Shown here piece after piece: positions 62,755 to 64,000 of a stretch of 64,000 nucleotides of DNA. The DNA is taken from positions 248,001 through 312,000 of the forward strand of contig JASVEC010000019.1 of NCBI GenBank assembly GCA_030770535.1. The letters run 5' to 3'. The notes under the pieces are model-generated. The model searched no databases and was not told the origin of the DNA. It saw nothing but the letters and a program-made list of their open reading frames with translations. A program made the translations under genes and the position numbers. Position 1 is the first letter of the stretch. Every line of letters begins with the position of its first letter. The stretch comes from Batkoa obscura (Eukaryota).

Positions 62755-62850
62755 GAGGATGTTTTTTTGGGTTCATTACTTTTTCCATCTTTAAGCGCTA
62801 TTTGAGTGGAAAAATTATTAGTAAAATTCTTAAATACAAAACACATCCCT
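62755..62850. mobile_element. MITE copy (orientation A)
   Basis: GAGGATGT...ACATCCCT; TSD ATAT/ATAT. Confidence 0.87.
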
Positions 62851-62903
62851 ATATTTAGTCTAATAATTATAGCTTTATCAAAATTCAACCTTAAACAAGG
62901 TAT

Positions 62904-63001
62904 GGGGCTGTTTTTTTTAGTTTCATTATTTTTCCATTTTTTAAGCGCTATTTATGTGGAAAAATTGTCAGTAAAATTCTTAAATACAAAAATACATCCC
63001 C
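62904..63001. mobile_element. MITE copy (orientation A)
   Basis: GGGGCTGT...ACATCCCC; TSD GTAT/GTAT. Confidence 0.9.
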
Positions 63002-63294
63002 GTATACATAAGTAGTTTATTATGCACTATAATTATTCTAGAACTTATTTTAATATAATTAAATAATAAACCATTTTGTTTTATGTTTTTAAGCAGTTTG
63101 ATAATAAACTTCCAAATTCAGTATTGAATATTAAAAACAACGGAAATAAAATTTGATATAATTTGATATAGACATTAAACATAAATAGACTTATTGACAT
63201 GAAAGTATTTATTTTAATTTTAATTTGGCTATTATTTTAAAAGTAGTAATTAACCTAGCAAATTGATGATAAATAAGGTTGTCAAAATTAATAT

Positions 63295-63388
63295 AGGGTG
63301 TGTTTTTTGTTTAAGAATTTTATTAATAATCTTTCTACTCAGATAGTGCTTAAAAATGGAAAAAGCAATGAAACCAAAAAATATCTCT
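63295..63388. mobile_element. MITE copy (orientation B, degenerate)
   Basis: AGGGTGTG start; internal consensus retained. Confidence 0.72.
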
Positions 63389-63807
63389 GTATTTATTTAG
63401 AGGATTTAATATTTTTTAGTTTTTTAATTTTGTAATCATAAGAATCCAGCTTCACTTTACGATAGTACAATATAAACTAAACTAGCGGAGAGGTTATTTC
63501 ATAAAAACCTAATTCCTCCAACAACCATTTATTATGTATTTCTTTATTCTGATAAATAAATTTACAAAATTCCAAATATTAGAAAGTTCTGATTTGATTA
63601 TTTGAGTTTAAAAAACCTCTTTTAACCAGGTATTTTCGAAATTGCTAACAAATCGGGTAAAATTGGGGGAATTTTGGGCTAAATTTTAATTAAGCTTCAG
63701 CTTAAATAAAAATCCAGTTATACTTGAACTCTTTTTCTAGTTTAGTGATAATTTTCGTAATCAAATTATTTATATAGCTACTTTTTTTAGAAGGCTGATC
63801 GTTATAT

Positions 63808-63904
63808 GGGAATATTTTTTTGATTTCATTACTTTTTCCGTTTTTAAGCACTACTTGAGTGGAAAGATTGTTAGTAAAATTCTTGAACAAAAAAATACAT
63901 CCTC
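63808..63904. mobile_element. MITE copy (orientation A)
   Basis: GGGAATAT...ACATCCTC; TSD ATAT/ATAT. Confidence 0.86.
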
Positions 63905-64000
63905 ATATCTTAGTTGAATTTTGCCATTATTTTTTTAAGTAGTTAATTTTGTCTCAAGGTTTAGAGCATCTGTGTCTACCAAACCTAAGAGAAAAGCCTA

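Noticed and set aside
25411..63890. Short similar ORFs at 25411, 36001, 46929, 62700, 62806 and 63702 that look like a peptide family
   Set aside because: They are chance translations of MITE copies
6957..63904. CRISPR array or REP-like interpretation of the ~97-bp repeat
   Set aside because: Eukaryotic context; copies are dispersed in both orientations with TIRs and TSDs; no spacers or cas genes

Overview
Very AT-rich eukaryotic genomic DNA with short (mostly ~45-70 nt) GT-AG introns. It is inferred to be an early-diverging fungus (Zoopagomycota/Entomophthoromycotina-like), based on a yeast-type COX9, ABZ2, a fungal GH25 and the intron style. Housekeeping genes: COX9, mitochondrial IleRS (~18 exons), synergin-gamma-like protein, BUD13, RPB6, a double-SCP2 peroxisomal protein, NRK1, GPALPP1-like, POP4, a maltose O-acetyltransferase and ABZ2. 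RNA genes: two identical tRNA-Asp(GTC) and a U5 snRNA. Accessory content: (1) six intronless peroxiredoxin-like (AhpC-TSA_2/PRXL2) paralogues in two mirror-image clusters, each with a tRNA-Asp; four carry an extra N-terminal CxxC, and two share a 260-bp identical tract. (2) A complete 2464-bp Sola-like DDD transposon (TIRs plus ATTT TSD) and ~24 copies of a ~97-bp MITE whose ends and 4-bp TSDs match it. (3) A catalytically altered IS630/Tc1-like transposase ORF. (4) A membrane-anchored DUF1636-like gene behind a cluster of ATCWGATAA iron-GATA-type motifs. (5) A GH25 muramidase pseudogene with mostly C>T/G>A changes. (6) Several secreted proteins, including a 52-aa peptide missed by the ORF track. 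All family assignments come from motif recognition by eye; no database search was run.
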